Made by a program: the position numbers and the translations under genes. A stretch of 64,000 nucleotides of DNA, from assembly GCA_965237415.1 (NCBI GenBank), contig CBDEFM010000001.1:640001-704000 (forward strand), in the 5' to 3' direction. Source of the stretch: Alphaproteobacteria bacterium (GTDB taxonomy: Bacteria > Pseudomonadota > Alphaproteobacteria > UBA828). Each line of letters begins with the position of its first letter. Position 1 is the stretch's first letter. Below, in pieces: positions 9,728-22,022 of the stretch. Under the pieces are notes generated by a model that was given only the letters and a program-made list of their open reading frames with translations, did not search any database and was not told the origin of the DNA.

Positions 9728-10752
9728 GGCTCAATTAGTGATTCGTATGCGTCATCGTGTTACGGCGGCGGCGAGGCAGGCCCGGTCATTGGCGCCGGGG
9801 GCGAGGCCGACGAGGTGGAACCAGCTCAGGTAGTTGTCCAGATAGCGGGTGGCGATGCCGCGGCGGGGGCGCAGGAAGTCCTTCAACCTACTGTGGCGGC
9901 TGTTCACCGTCTGCACATGCAGATCGCCCCGAACCCGTTCCCCCATCGAGCGGTTGAGTGCTTCGTGGCTCACCCCGAGCGCGGCGGCGCAAGGTGGGTA
10001 GCTCGCGCCGCCGTCGGAGACCAGCAGGGCGTCCTTCGCGACCACCGGATCGAGGGCAGCCGCGAGCGCCGCCGCATCGACCCTGGGCAGCACAGTGCTG
10101 ACCGTCGTTCCGCTGCGGTTCGCCGCCATGAGAACCGGCACCTGCTCGCGCGAGAGGCCGCGCTTCTTCGCCTTGCCGCCCCGCCGCCGTGCCTTGCGTC
10201 CCAGCCCGCGCGCACCCTTCCGGCTCTCCAGGACGTAGGTCTCGTCCGCTTCCACGATCCCCTTGAGCACCTCCGAATCGCTCCGCGCCGCCGCCAGAAA
10301 CCGGTGACGCCAGCGGAACGCCGTGCTCACCGCCACGTCGCAGCGCGCCGCCGAGGCCTTCACCGTCTCCCCCTTCGCCAGCGACGCCCCGAACGACAGC
10401 CAGCGTTCCTTGTGGTGCAAGCCCGACAGCGGCGTACCGCTCAGCGCGTTGAAGGTCCTGCCGCAGCCCTTGCACTGGTAGCGCCGCAGACCCCGCGCCA
10501 TACCGCGCGAAACCGCCCCCTCGCTCGCGCAGTGCGGACAGCGCCGGGCCTCGTCCACACCAAGCTCGATCGCGGCCTTCGATGCCTCGCCTTCGCTCCG
10601 GCCCGACAGCACCGCGAGCGCCTCGCGCCGCTGCGCGCGCGTCAGCCCGCGCGCCGCCGAAAACCACACCTGGAAACCTTTGACGTCCATAATCCAACCT
10701 CCTGACGTTCCAGGCATTCTATCGCAAATACATACGATTCGCGAATTGAGCC
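9728..10752 (-). mobile_element. IS1595-family element, complete
   Basis: TIRs GGCTCAATTAGTGATTCGTATG / GGCTCAATTCGCGAATCGTATG; 8-bp TSD TATGGAAA (9720-9727, 10753-10760). Confidence 0.9.
9752..10690 (-). CDS. IS1595-family transposase
   Basis: CPHC...CKGC zinc finger, HTH (STAFRWRHRFL), GIVEADETY, LVSDG, HVQTVNSRHSRLK...GIATRYLDNYL. Confidence 0.92.
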   Translation of the reverse strand: MDVKGFQVWFSAARGLTRAQRREALAVLSGRSEGEASKAAIELGVDEARRCPHCASEGAVSRGMARGLRRYQCKGCGRTFNALSGTPLSGLHHKERWLSFGASLAKGETVKASAARCDVAVSTAFRWRHRFLAAARSDSEVLKGIVEADETYVLESRKGARGLGRKARRRGGKAKKRGLSREQVPVLMAANRSGTTVSTVLPRVDAAALAAALDPVVAKDALLVSDGGASYPPCAAALGVSHEALNRSMGERVRGDLHVQTVNSRHSRLKDFLRPRRGIATRYLDNYLSWFHLVGLAPGANDRACLAAAVTR

Positions 10753-10932
10753 TATGGAAAAGCCGGACCCGGGCGGGACTACTGGATCAAGGAGATCCGT
10801 CATCGGGAGCTGGAACTGGTCGGCTACGCTGAAGCCGCCTACGCCAAAATGGCGGAGAACTGGCAGCCGAGACCTCCCACCGCCGCAAAAAACTGACACG
10901 AGAGCAACTTTGGGCTGTTCAACAACATCCGT

Positions 10933-11283
10933 ATCCAGCGGCACCTGGGGGCGGTCGACGAACACGCACAGCCCTTCGCGATGGTTCAGCAGCGAGCGCA
11001 GCGCCTTGCCCTCGCGCGCCTGGTCGGACAGGCCGGCGAACTCCTGTTCGGCCTGCGCGAACAGGCCGTCGAGTGCCTCCTTCAGCGTTCCCTGCGCCGC
11101 ATCGAACGCCGGCGTCTGGCGCTCAAGCCCGGGGTCGTAATGCTCCAGCCGCGCCTCGTTCAGGCGGTAGAGCAACGCGATCCGCTCGATCCATCCCTGG
11201 CGCCAGTCCGTCAGTCTCACCTGGCCGGCCGCGCACTCGATAAAATAGCGGCGCATATGGGACCAACAGAATGCAAGGGTCAA
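10933..11283 (-). pseudogene. IS66-like transposase middle piece
   Basis: LAFCWSHMRRYF...GKALRSLLNHREGLCVFVDRPQVPLD. Confidence 0.8.
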
Positions 11284-11313
11284 GCATCTGGTGCTGTGCC
11301 GGGTCGAGAAGCG

Positions 11314-13204
11314 TATAGCGCGACGATCAAGATGAGACTCCGTATTGCCTCATTCTTGGATGTTCCCGAGCTTCGAGGTGCTTGCCTCACGTCGATGTTC
11401 CCCAAGGTCACGGCTTCGCTTCACTTGTCACGGCTGTGTCCCCAGGCGTGGTGCTGGAGTTCTGGCAGCGTCGGCAGCTGTGGGTAACCGGCTTGCCGCA
11501 GCGACCTCCATGAGTCTGGCGGCGGCGAGCCGGTTATCCACAGCGGTGGCCAAGGCAAGATCGGCCTTGTCGGCTGGTGCCGGTACCACGGTGTCGGATT
11601 GGCTCGCTCCAAACACCAGGTCGTGGGCTTGCTCCTGGCGCCAGACCTGCACGCGGCGTTGCAGCGTACGCAGAAGATTGTCGGGATAACGGTCGGGATG
11701 CTTTGCCTGTAGTTGTTCGAGCAGTTGACGGCTCGTTCGCCACGGCTCGGCTTCGAACCATTCCCGCAACTGCTCGGTGACGTCAGCCAGGGGATCGGGC
11801 CTGCGGCGGCCCCGTTTCGGCTTTGCAGCGGGCCGCGCCGTCGGCCGCACATCACCATCCTTCCATGCCGTTCGCAGCCCGGCGAGAAACTCGTCGATCG
11901 GCGGCACACCGGCCGGCGCCGATTGAACCGCCACGGGCCGGTCGGCAAGATCGACCAGACGCTGTTGCGCCCGTCTCATATCCCTCAACAGGCGGATCGG
12001 ATCCAGGGTCGCGAACGGCGCGCTCACTTCGTCGCGAACGCTTTGCGGTGTGCGCTGATCCGCGAGCAGGCGTTGAAAGGGCGTTGCCGGAGGATGGTAG
12101 CGTTTACACACGTGGGCGCCGTCGCGCGTCTTGCTGGCGAGCTTGAATGAGGGCTGGAAGAAATTCACGAACAATCTCACTGTGGCGTAAAGCTGCGACA
12201 GTGCAGCCACGGCCTCCGGGCCCTCCAGGCGGCGATAGCCCACGATGCGGCGAACGATCGCGCCGTTCTTCTGCTCGACAAAGGCCTGATCGTTCTTGCG
12301 CCAGGGGCGGCAACGCGTGAACTCGATGCCGGCGTCGCGGCAATAGTCCCGCACCGTTTCGTTCATGAACACGCTGTCATTGTCGGTGTCGAACCCGAGC
12401 AGGTCGAACGGCAGGAGCCTGCGGACGGCCGTCAAGACCGCGCTCACGAGCGTGCGCTCGCGGAACAGCAAGGGAGCGCACTCCGTCCATCCCGTGGCGA
12501 TATCGGTGAGTACCAGCGTCTGGACAAAGCTCCCGCGCGTCACCGGGCCGCTGTGAGCCACCAGATCGGCCTCGGCGAACCCTGGCGGCGGATCCTGCCA
12601 GTCAGCATAGGTGCGCACCGGAATACTCCGCCGCACCGATGACGATGCGAGCGAAGATCTTCGGCGCCGCCCGCCGGCCTGCTCTCGTATGCTGCGAAGT
12701 GACCGGTCGATCGTCGCCGCACTCATGGTCAGCAAGCGGCATCGGACATCGTCGGCGAGCTCAAGATGACCATGCCGTTCCATGGCTTCGACGAGAGTGG
12801 GAAGCAGCGGCTTCAGGCGCTTCCCGCAAATGCGGTCCGACGCTTCCCACAACACAACCAGTGCCTCGCGCACCGCATCGTCGTAAAGCCGCCGGCCAGC
12901 TCGCAAGGCTGCCGCTGGGCGCGACGACGAGCCGCCTCGCAGCAATCGCATCACGTGCTTCCGGTGATAGCCCGTCACCGCCACGAATTCATCCAGAATG
13001 CGCGTCTTCTCCTCGCGTCCGCTCTCGCCATACCGCCGTGACAGCGCTGCCACAAGTTCATCCCGTGTCGCCATGCTCACCCTCCTCATACCCAAAGCCC
13101 CCGATCCATTCCCCTCGGGAGCATTTCAGATGAGGCAACGAGTCGCTCAAAAGGAGCAAATCAGGCGAGGCAATGCGGAGTCTCATCTTGATCGTCGCGC
13201 CGCA
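11314..13204 (-). mobile_element. ISNCY-like (rve integrase) element
   Basis: Long TIRs GCGCGACGATCAAGATGAGACTCCG(T/C)ATTGCCTC; 5-bp TSD AAGCG (11309-11313, 13205-13209). Confidence 0.85.
11428..13089 (-). CDS. DDE/rve transposase (ISNCY-like)
   Basis: EKTRILDEFVAVTGYHRKH...PPGFAEADLVAH...FDTDNDSVF...KNDQAFVEQKNG. Confidence 0.88.
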   Translation of the reverse strand: MRRVSMATRDELVAALSRRYGESGREEKTRILDEFVAVTGYHRKHVMRLLRGGSSSRPAAALRAGRRLYDDAVREALVVLWEASDRICGKRLKPLLPTLVEAMERHGHLELADDVRCRLLTMSAATIDRSLRSIREQAGGRRRRSSLASSSVRRSIPVRTYADWQDPPPGFAEADLVAHSGPVTRGSFVQTLVLTDIATGWTECAPLLFRERTLVSAVLTAVRRLLPFDLLGFDTDNDSVFMNETVRDYCRDAGIEFTRCRPWRKNDQAFVEQKNGAIVRRIVGYRRLEGPEAVAALSQLYATVRLFVNFFQPSFKLASKTRDGAHVCKRYHPPATPFQRLLADQRTPQSVRDEVSAPFATLDPIRLLRDMRRAQQRLVDLADRPVAVQSAPAGVPPIDEFLAGLRTAWKDGDVRPTARPAAKPKRGRRRPDPLADVTEQLREWFEAEPWRTSRQLLEQLQAKHPDRYPDNLLRTLQRRVQVWRQEQAHDLVFGASQSDTVVPAPADKADLALATAVDNRLAAARLMEVAAASRLPTAADAARTPAPRLGTQP

Positions 13205-13256
13205 AAGCGCCCGCCGAAGCTCGACCTCGACGTCTACCCGTATCTGCCAAAGGCCA

Positions 13257-14416
13257 CCGTGCCGCAGCCGAGACGGCGCGAGGAGATACGGAGGTTCCGC
13301 CAGGACCCTGACTGCCGCCTGTTCCTGTCCTCCGAGGCCGGCGGCGTTGGGCTCAACCTCCAGATTGCCGACACGGTGATCAACATGGACCAGCCTTGGA
13401 ACCCGGCCAAGCTCGACCAGCGGATCGCTCGGGCGTGGCGCAAGCATCAGCATCGCACGGTCAGGGTTTTCAACCTGGTGAGCGAGGGCACGATCGAGCA
13501 CCGGATGCTGGGGCTTCTGGAGGCGAAGCGGACCTTGGCCGAGGGCGTGCTCGACCGGCGCGGCGACCTCGCCAATATCCCGCTTCCCACGGGCAGAACG
13601 GCCTTCATGCAACGCTTGAAGGCCGTTCTTGGCCCGGACCAGACGACGAAGCCCGACGAGGCCGCCGCGCAGCCGGTGTCCCCGCGTGAGGCTCTGCGCG
13701 ACCGGCTTATCGCCGATCATGGAACTGTGCTGCAACGGATCCTGGGTCATGAGGACGGAACGGCGATCCTGGCGGTGATCGACCTTCCGCCCGGGCGGAT
13801 TGGCGCGGAGGAAGAGCGTCTGGCGGGGCTGACGGAACTCGCCGTCACGGTGATCGATCCCGCAACCCATGAGTCGATGTTGCGGCTGGCTCGATCGGGG
13901 CTGATTGCTTCGCCGACGGAAACGATGGAAGACATCTATCCCGAGCCGGGGGATCGGGAACGCGAGGACGAACGGGTGGGGCTGCTCCGAGCCCGGGCAC
14001 TCGCGGATCGTGCGAATCACAAGCTCAAGGCTGCGCAGCTACTGGCTGGCGGAGGATTCGGCGAGGAAGCACGCGCACCGGCCCTCGACGCGATCCGCCT
14101 GACTGCTGGCTGCCTGGCGGCATCGACAATGGAAGCGGAACCCGAAGACATGGATCAAGCCGCCGTCTTCCTGGCCAAATGGGAACCCGTCGAAGAAGCC
14201 GACGGTGTCGCGCTCAACGCGGTGCGGGCACTCTCCGGCGACACGACGGAACCGGATATTGTCGAGACTGCCGCTGTTTTCCTCGATGACGTGTCAAAGC
14301 GGATCTTCAGAAACGGTGGGGATGCGCTCGGCACATTGAAGCCGGTCCCTTCGCAGGGCGTCGATCACGCGTATCCCCAGTTGTCAGCCGAGGACAGGGT
14401 ATCTGACAGAGGCTAA
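13257..14416 (+). pseudogene. SNF2-family helicase, C-terminal fragment
   Basis: FRQDPDCRLFLSSEAGGVGLNLQIADTVINMDQPWNPAKLDQRIARAWR (motifs V/VI); ATPase N-terminal half absent. Confidence 0.82.
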
Positions 14417-14693
14417 ACGCCGAACGGTAACACGACACAGCCGGCAAGTAGGCACGAGAGCGCGGTGGGAACAAGAAGTGGGAACTTCGCCATCGCAAGC
14501 GCCGGTCTCGGTGGTTGCATGGGCTTGCAACAGCCGAGACAGCCATTTGCTGACGACTTCAATCTGATCCCCGCAATCCTCTACACGGCACGCAGTACGT
14601 TACCGCAGGGAGCGTGGCTGCCGCGCTCGATGCATCGTGGTCTCGGACGGCCTTGAGCACGAGCGCCCCGTCGGTGGCGGCCACAAGGGACTC

Positions 14694-14783
14694 ACGCGTC
14701 GATCACGACAGGCTGCCTGGTTTAGGGACGGCGACTGGGAACGCGTCGATCACGACAGGCTGCCTGGTTTAGGGACGGCGACT
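14694..14783. repeat. 43-bp direct duplication of the iolG 3' end
   Basis: ACGCGTCGATCACGACAGGCTGCCTGGTTTAGGGACGGCGACT at 14694-14736 and 14741-14783. Confidence 0.85.
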
Positions 14784-15766
14784 CTTCGACCGGTCTTGAG
14801 GGATTGGACGGCGGCATCAGCTATGGCGAGAGCTGCAAGACCGTCGGTGCCATCCGAATAGGCAACCTCCCTACCCCTGATGAGGTCGCAGAACGCCTCG
14901 ATTTCGAGCCGATAGGCGTCGACATAACGATCCATGAAGAAGTCGCGGAGCGGGTCGGTGGCGAACCCCGCCGCACCGGCCCGCGCGACCGTCGTGGCCA
15001 CGGGATTTCCGGCCGAGACCATGCCAAGGGAGCCGTGCACCTCGACCCGCTGGTCGTAGCCATAGGTGGCCCGGCGGGAGTTCGAGATCGCGGCGAGTCT
15101 TCCACCCTGCGAGCGCAGCATGACGGCTGCTGTATCGACATCGCCGGCGGCACCGATGGCCTCGTCGATGAGCACCGAGCCTGTCGCGGCGACCTCGACG
15201 ATTTCTTCGCTGATCAGGAACCGGGCCATGTCGAAGTCGTGGATCATCATGTCTCGAAACAACCCGCCGGAGCGTTCGACAAAGCCGATCGGCGGTGGCA
15301 CCGGATCGCGCGAGGTGATCTGCACCAGCTCGATATCGCCGATGTCCCCGCTGTCGATCACGTCGCGCAGGCACCGGAACGACGGGTCGAAGCGACGCTG
15401 GAAGCCGATCATCAATGGAACACCGCATCCTTCCGCCACGGCCACACTCCGTTGCGCCCGGGCGAGGTCGAGGGCGACCGGTTTCTCACAGAAAATGGGC
15501 TTGGCCGCTCGAGCCGCCCTCTCGATCTGATCGGCGTGCAGGTCTGTGGGCGTCGCGATCATCACGCCCTGGATGGCCGGATCGTCCAACACCTCATCGG
15601 CCGAGGCGACGCGTGCGCCGGTCAGCCGGGCGACGGTCGCGGCGGCGGCTTCGTCGGGGTCGGCGACGGCAACCAGTCGCGCATCCTCGATCCCCGCGAG
15701 CGAGCGAGCGTGAACGCGGCCGATCCGGCCGGCGCCGAGGAGCCCTAGCGCGACAGGGCCGCTCAC
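14750..15766 (-). CDS. iolG: myo-inositol 2-dehydrogenase
   Basis: GLLGAGRIG, IFCEKP, GFQRRFD, RDMMIHDFD, YGYDQRVEVHG; GTG start overlaps the iolB stop. Confidence 0.92.
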   Translation of the reverse strand: MSGPVALGLLGAGRIGRVHARSLAGIEDARLVAVADPDEAAAATVARLTGARVASADEVLDDPAIQGVMIATPTDLHADQIERAARAAKPIFCEKPVALDLARAQRSVAVAEGCGVPLMIGFQRRFDPSFRCLRDVIDSGDIGDIELVQITSRDPVPPPIGFVERSGGLFRDMMIHDFDMARFLISEEIVEVAATGSVLIDEAIGAAGDVDTAAVMLRSQGGRLAAISNSRRATYGYDQRVEVHGSLGMVSAGNPVATTVARAGAAGFATDPLRDFFMDRYVDAYRLEIEAFCDLIRGREVAYSDGTDGLAALAIADAAVQSLKTGRRVAVPKPGSLS

Positions 15767-16575
15767 GACCCGGCGTCCCGACGATAGATCCAGTCGTGAT
15801 CGGGATGGTTCCTGAAGCGCCACTGGCGCTTCGGGCCGGCCATGACGTTGAGGTAGTACATGTCGTAGCCGTAAGGCGCGCCGCACGGGTGGTGGCCGCG
15901 CGGCACGAGAACGGTGTCGCCGTCGGAGACCGCCATCGTCTCGTCCAGGTCTCCGTCCTCAGTGAAGACGCGTTGGATGCCGAACCCCTGCGGCGGGTCG
16001 ATGCGGTGATAATAGGTCTCCTCCAGATAGGTCATCTCCTTGCCCTCGTCGGCATCGTGCCGATGGGGTGGATAGCTCGACCAATTGCCCTGGGGCGTGA
16101 ACACCTCGGTGATCAGAAGGCTGTCGGCGATATCTGCGTCGTCCATGGCGATGGGGTGGATATAGCGCGTGTTGGCGCCCTTGCCGCGCTCCAGCAGGGG
16201 GATACCGGCCGGATCGATGGCCGCCGCTGCGTGTCCGCCAGCTCCCGGCGCCGAGCAGACCGCGATGGTGCAGTCCGTCTCCGCCCGAGCGGACCATGAG
16301 CTTCCGTTGGGCACGTAGACGGCATGGGGCTTCTTCCGCTCGAAGACACATATGCGTTCGCCCTGGAGGCCGAAATCGACGTCCGGCGTCGCCAGATGGG
16401 CCTTTCCCTCGACCATGACCAGGATCACCTCGCGACTGCCGGTCTCCTCGCCGGCCGTCTCGCCGGCCTCGAGCGCGTAGACGGCGAACCCGACATAGCG
16501 CCAACCGGCGTCTTCCGGCGTGATATCGATAATCTTGCCTGTCGAGCCCGAGGGTTTTCGCAAGAGACTGGTCAA
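15763..16575 (-). CDS. iolB: 5-deoxy-glucuronate isomerase
   Basis: [13 protein letters not shown]...[12 protein letters not shown]...LEETYYHR...YYLNVMAGP. Confidence 0.93.
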   Translation of the reverse strand: MTSLLRKPSGSTGKIIDITPEDAGWRYVGFAVYALEAGETAGEETGSREVILVMVEGKAHLATPDVDFGLQGERICVFERKKPHAVYVPNGSSWSARAETDCTIAVCSAPGAGGHAAAAIDPAGIPLLERGKGANTRYIHPIAMDDADIADSLLITEVFTPQGNWSSYPPHRHDADEGKEMTYLEETYYHRIDPPQGFGIQRVFTEDGDLDETMAVSDGDTVLVPRGHHPCGAPYGYDMYYLNVMAGPKRQWRFRNHPDHDWIYRRDAGS

Positions 16576-17480
16576 TTTGCGTGCTCCTTGTCCAAACCGG
16601 CTTCCCGCGCCATCGCGCGAAGCGTCTTCAGTGCCAATGTCTGGTAGACGACCGGGTCGCGTGCCGCCGGGTCCTGCTCGGCCTCGGTGATGAGCCAACC
16701 GGAGTAGCCGTGCCGGGCGGCTATGCGCAGGACAGCCGGGAAGTCGACGCAGCCTTCGTCGTCTCCCGGCACCGTGAACACGCCGAGCTTGACTGCCTTG
16801 AGGAACGACAGGTCCTCGGCCATCGCCTTCCGGCGAATTGCGGGGCGCACGTTCTTCGCGTGAATGTGGACGATACGATCCATGTATCGCTCGGCCAGCG
16901 CTGCCGGATCGGCACCGGCGAACGCGGCGTGCCCGGTGTCGAGCAGAAGCCATGTGCTGGGGCCGGCGTGCGCCATGAACGCCTCGATGTCCGCCCCGCT
17001 CTCGACCACGGTTCCCATATGGTGATGGTAGGCGAGGCGGATGCCGTGACCCGTGCAGTGTGCGGCGATCGCCTCCACGTCCGCGCAGAACGCGGGCCAG
17101 CGGGAGGGATCGAGCGTCGGTCGGTCAGAGAGCGGCGCGTCGAGTGCGCCGTGAACGGCGCCGGTCGTTTCGCAGGCGATGCAGGCCGAACACCCCAGCG
17201 CCTTCAGCACTTCGAGATGCGGCTCCATCTCCGCGATCTCGTCCGCGACGGATCGTTCGAGCAGTCTCAAGGAATGCCAGCCTGAGACGTAGTCCAGCCC
17301 GTAGGTGCCAAGCACCGCCTTCAGCGCCCCAGCATCGGCGGGGAACTTGTGACCCTTCTCAATCCCGTCGAAGCCGATCCGGCTGGCATCTCTCAGACAC
17401 TGTTCGAGCGGGATGTCGCCGCCGAGGCTCCGGTCGTCGTCGTTCGACCAGGCGATGGGGTTGGTGCCGTAGCGGATCAT
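16572..17480 (-). CDS. iolE: Inosose dehydratase
   Basis: [11 protein letters not shown]...YHHHMGT...LLLDTGH...FTVPGD...EAEQDP. Confidence 0.94.
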   Translation of the reverse strand: MIRYGTNPIAWSNDDDRSLGGDIPLEQCLRDASRIGFDGIEKGHKFPADAGALKAVLGTYGLDYVSGWHSLRLLERSVADEIAEMEPHLEVLKALGCSACIACETTGAVHGALDAPLSDRPTLDPSRWPAFCADVEAIAAHCTGHGIRLAYHHHMGTVVESGADIEAFMAHAGPSTWLLLDTGHAAFAGADPAALAERYMDRIVHIHAKNVRPAIRRKAMAEDLSFLKAVKLGVFTVPGDDEGCVDFPAVLRIAARHGYSGWLITEAEQDPAARDPVVYQTLALKTLRAMAREAGLDKEHAN

Positions 17481-19297
17481 TGGCGCCTCTTCAGCGCCGC
17501 GTCATAGGCTTCGCGCGCCCGCACGACCTCGGCACGGTCCGAGACTTCGGGCACCGCGACGTCCCACCAGTGACCGCCGGCCCCCGTGCTCACTGCCGGG
17601 TCGGTGTCTATCACGATGACGGTGGTGCGGTCGGCCGACCGCGCCTCGCTTATGGCGGCCTCCAGGCCCTCAATGCCGTCGACATGGGTCGCGACAGCTC
17701 CCATCGAAGCGGCGTGGGCAGCGAAATCGATGACCGACGGTGCCTCGTGCCGGGCCGTATTGAGCAGGTTGTTGAAGCTCGCGCCGCCGGTGGCCCGCTG
17801 CAGCCGGTCGATGCAGCCGAAGCCGCGGTTGTCGAGCACGACCACGGTGAGCTTGAGACCGAGCATGACGCTGGTCGCAAGCTCCGAGTTCATCATCATG
17901 TAGGAGCCGTCGCCGACGATAACGACCACATCGGCGTCGGGACGCGCCATCTTGACGCCGAGACCGCCGGCGATCTCGTAGCCCATGCAGGAATAGCCGT
18001 ATTCCAGGTGATAGTCGCCCTGGCGCGGCGAGCGCCAGAGCTTGTGCAGCTCGCCGGGCATGCCGCCGGCTGCGCAGACGATCATCCCGTTGTCGCCGAT
18101 GGTTCGCTGAACGGCGCCGATCACCTGGGCGTCCGATGGCAGGACGTTATTGCCGGGCGCGCCGGTGGCCGCGTCGGCAGCGCGGTTCCAATCGGTCTTC
18201 AGCGCCTGGCTCGGCGGTGTGAAGGCGTGGTCACCCAGTGCGGCGTCGAGCTCGTCGAGGGACGTCCGCGCGTCGCCGACGACGCCGATCGCGTCGTGCT
18301 TCGTCGCATCGAAGGCTGCCGCGTTGATCGCCACCAGCCTTGCGACCGGGTTCTGGAACAGGCTCCACGAGCCGGTGGTGAAGTCCTGCAGGCGGGTGCC
18401 GATCGCTAGGATCAGATCCGCCGCCCGTGCGATTTCGTTGGCGGCTTCGGTCCCCGTCACGCCGATGGCGCCGACGCTGCACGGGTGCGACCAGGGCAAT
18501 GCCGACTTGCCGGCCTGGGTTTCGGCAACGGGGATGCCACGGCGCTCGGCGAAGGCCGCAAGCGTGTCGCAGGCTTGGGAATAGTGAACCCCGCCGCCGG
18601 CGATGACGAGCGGTGTCTTCGCCGCGCGGAGCGCCCGGACCGCGCGCTTCAGCTCGCGTGCATCGGGCCGTTGCCGGCGCATGGTCCAGGTCCGGGACTC
18701 GAAGAACGCGTCGGGATAGTCGTAGGCCTCGGTCTGGACATCCTGGCACAGAGCGAGGGTGACGGGTCCGCACTCGGCGGGGTCCACGAGCGTCGCCATC
18801 GCACGTGGCAGGGCCGACAGCAGTTGCTCGGGCCGGGCGATGCGGTCGAAGTAGCGGCTGACCGGGCGGAAGCAGTCGTTGGCGCTGACGGTTCCGTCCC
18901 CAAAATCCTCGACCTGCTGGAGGACCGGGTCGGGGAGCCGGTTGGCGAAGACGTCTCCCGGCAGGAACAGCACCGGCAGGCGATTGACGTGCGCCAGCGC
19001 CGCCGCCGTGACCATGTTGGTGGCACCCGGTCCGATGGACGACGTTACCGCCATGAGCCGCTTGCGGTTGTTGGCCTTGGCGTAGGCGATCGCGGCGTGC
19101 GCCATGCTCTGCTCGTTATGGCCACGCCAAGTGGGGAGCGAATCGCCCGCGCGGTGGAGGGCCTCGCCGAGTCCAGCGACGTTGCCATGGCCGAAGATCG
19201 CCCACACCCCGGCCACGAGCCGCTCACCGTCCTCGTTCACCTGTGCGCCCAGATAGCGGACGAGGGCCTGCGCCGCCGTCAGTCGGATCGTGCTCAT
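17477..19297 (-). CDS. iolD: 3D-(3,5/4)-trihydroxycyclohexane-1,2-dione acylhydrolase (ThDP-dependent)
   Basis: [12 protein letters not shown]...IFGHGNVAG...[10 protein letters not shown]...GDGSYMM. Confidence 0.94.
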   Translation of the reverse strand: MSTIRLTAAQALVRYLGAQVNEDGERLVAGVWAIFGHGNVAGLGEALHRAGDSLPTWRGHNEQSMAHAAIAYAKANNRKRLMAVTSSIGPGATNMVTAAALAHVNRLPVLFLPGDVFANRLPDPVLQQVEDFGDGTVSANDCFRPVSRYFDRIARPEQLLSALPRAMATLVDPAECGPVTLALCQDVQTEAYDYPDAFFESRTWTMRRQRPDARELKRAVRALRAAKTPLVIAGGGVHYSQACDTLAAFAERRGIPVAETQAGKSALPWSHPCSVGAIGVTGTEAANEIARAADLILAIGTRLQDFTTGSWSLFQNPVARLVAINAAAFDATKHDAIGVVGDARTSLDELDAALGDHAFTPPSQALKTDWNRAADAATGAPGNNVLPSDAQVIGAVQRTIGDNGMIVCAAGGMPGELHKLWRSPRQGDYHLEYGYSCMGYEIAGGLGVKMARPDADVVVIVGDGSYMMMNSELATSVMLGLKLTVVVLDNRGFGCIDRLQRATGGASFNNLLNTARHEAPSVIDFAAHAASMGAVATHVDGIEGLEAAISEARSADRTTVIVIDTDPAVSTGAGGHWWDVAVPEVSDRAEVVRAREAYDAALKRRQ

Positions 19298-21203
19298 GGT
19301 CGTCCCAATCCCGCGCATGCCTCGTCCCAAGCCGCGCAGAGGCCGGCGAAGGTTTCGGCCATGCGCGTTACTGCCATATCGTCGGTCATGGTACCGGCCA
19401 TCCAGGCCCGGGCGACATCGGCAAATATGGTGCGCCCAATGGCGAACCCCTTGACCAGATCGTGCCTGGCCGCAACCCGAAAGCTCGCGTGCAGGTCGTC
19501 GACGGGCGCATCCAGGCCGAGTACGAGTATGCCCCGGCAATAGGGGTCGTTGGCGGCGATCGCGTCGCACGCCAGTTGCCATGCCCTATCCAAGACCATC
19601 GGCTCCAGCTTCCACCAATCGGGGTAGACGCCGATGGCATAGAAGCGCTCGATGATCGCGGCCGTCAGCGTCTCGTCCGCCGGTCCGTACTTGGAGGGAA
19701 TGACCTCCAGCAAGAAGTCCAGATCGTTGGCGCGTGCCGCGTCGGCCAGTCGCTTGACCGTGGCCTCCTGATCGGCGCGCAGGTCGTCCGGGTCGTCCGG
19801 ACGATAGAAGCAGAGAACCTTCACCACGTGTTCGGACGGCCATTCCGCCAAGGCCGAGCCGAAATCGTCGCCGATTTCTACGGCCAGCGGTCTCGAGCCG
19901 GGCTTCTCCACCGGACGGGCGATCCAGAGGCCGGTCCCCGCCGCCGCGAAGAGCGCCGCGCGGCCGAGGCGCATGTCGCAGAGGATGCCGAAGCCCTCGC
20001 GCCCGTCGGCGACGCGAAGCGTCGCATCCAGGCAGAGGTTCTTGAATGCGCCGATGCGCTCCGGCGCCGATCCGCAGCAGGCCGCCATGTGCTCGAGCTG
20101 CGTGCGGTGATCGAAGGCGAAGACACGCATGCCTGGCCATGTCCTGGCGCGGTTGGTCGACCAGTGGATCTGCTCCAGGCGCGCATCGTGCCGCACGGCG
20201 GGCGTGGAGGGGCCATGGTCCAGGAAGTGGCGCAGCTCGATGGCGCTGGGGTAGGCCGGCGTGCAGCCGTGACGCGAGACGGCGAGCGCGCCGCAGGCAT
20301 TGGCGATGCGCAAGGTCTCGGCCCAGTCCTCGCCCGAGAGCCATCCCTTGAGCAGGCCCGCCATGAAGCCGTCGCCGGCGCCGAGCACGTTGAAGACCTC
20401 GACCATGAAGGATTCGCCGCTGATCCCCTCGTCGAGGGACGCGGGAACTGGCCCGTCGAACGCGGTGGCGCCGGCGGCACCCCGCTTGCAGACCAGGGTC
20501 GCCGCGCTCACAGCGCGCACGTTGGCCAGCGCCTCGTACGTCGCGGTCGCGCCGCCGGCGATGTGAAATTCCTCCTCCGTGCCGACGATCACGTCGAAAC
20601 GGCCGAGGATCCCTTGCAGCTTGGCCGTGACCGCCTCCGATTCGATGAAGCGGTTCTCGCCGTCGCCGTGGCCCGACAGGCCCCAGAGGTTGGGCCGGTA
20701 GTCGATGTCGAGGATGGTCTTCGCGCCGGCCGCGCGGGCCAGATCGACGGCGCGGAGGGTCGCGGCCTCGGTCCGGGGATGCGACACGTGCGTGCCGGAG
20801 GCGAGGACGCAGCGGGCCTCGGCGATGAACTCAGGGTCGATATCTTCGGGCGAGAGCGCCATGTCGGCGCAGTTCTCGCGGTAGAAGATCAGCGGGAAGC
20901 GTTCCTGATCGCGGATACCGAGCAAGACGAGCGCCGTGAGGCGCTCCGGGTCGGTGATGATACCGCGCACGTCCACCCCTTCGGCCCGCAGCTGCTCGCG
21001 GATGAAGCGCCCCATGTGCTCGTCGCCGACGCGGGTGATCACGGCCGATTTCAGGCCGAGCCGTGCCGCACCGGCCGCCGTGTTGGTGGGCGAGCCGCCG
21101 ATGTACTTGCGGAAGGTCCGCATGTCCTCCAGCCGGCCGCCCACCTGGCCGCCGTAGAGGTCGACCGACGATCGGCCGATGGATATGACATCGAGAGGAC
21201 GCA

Positions 21204-21207
<4 letters not shown>
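19294..21207 (-). CDS. iolC: 5-dehydro-2-deoxygluconokinase with C-terminal DUF2090/aldolase-like domain
   Basis: [10 protein letters not shown]...LGAGDGF...FAFDHR...PDWWKLEP...GFAIGRTIF. Confidence 0.93.

Positions 21208-22021
<814 letters not shown>

Positions 22022-22022
<1 letters not shown>

Larger units (their letters stand above)
8661..10896 (+). pseudogene. IS110 transposase interrupted near its C-terminus by IS1595
   Basis: MRVIGLDVHRS...VLEATGN...KTDKVDA...YFGLTPRVRQSG; resumes after 10752 as YGKAGPGRDYWIKEIR...KN*. Confidence 0.88.
8422..10932 (+). mobile_element. IS110-family element inserted in the IS66 transposase, itself split by IS1595
   Basis: Flanks rejoin across an ATC core (8419-8421 / 10933-10935); about 240 nt of non-coding sequence precedes the transposase. 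Confidence 0.8.
7213..11283 (-). mobile_element. IS66-like element copy A (3' half) with DUF4338 passenger, interrupted by IS110 and IS1595
   Basis: TIR GTAAGCGTTCGTTCAGGCCG at 7213 matches the end at 35842; transposase pieces at 8150-8421 and 10933-11283 rejoin as ...PQVPLDNNAAERALRGPVIGR. Confidence 0.8.
11282..13256 (+). pseudogene. Short IS21 istA C-terminal remnant split by the ISNCY-like element
   Basis: Removing 11314-13209 gives KHLVLCRVEKRPPKLDLDVYPYLPKA, which resembles the IstA tail. Confidence 0.6.

Noticed and set aside
12998-13256. N-terminal extension of the SNF2 ORF
   Set aside because: It is read-through of an IS end and the istA remnant.
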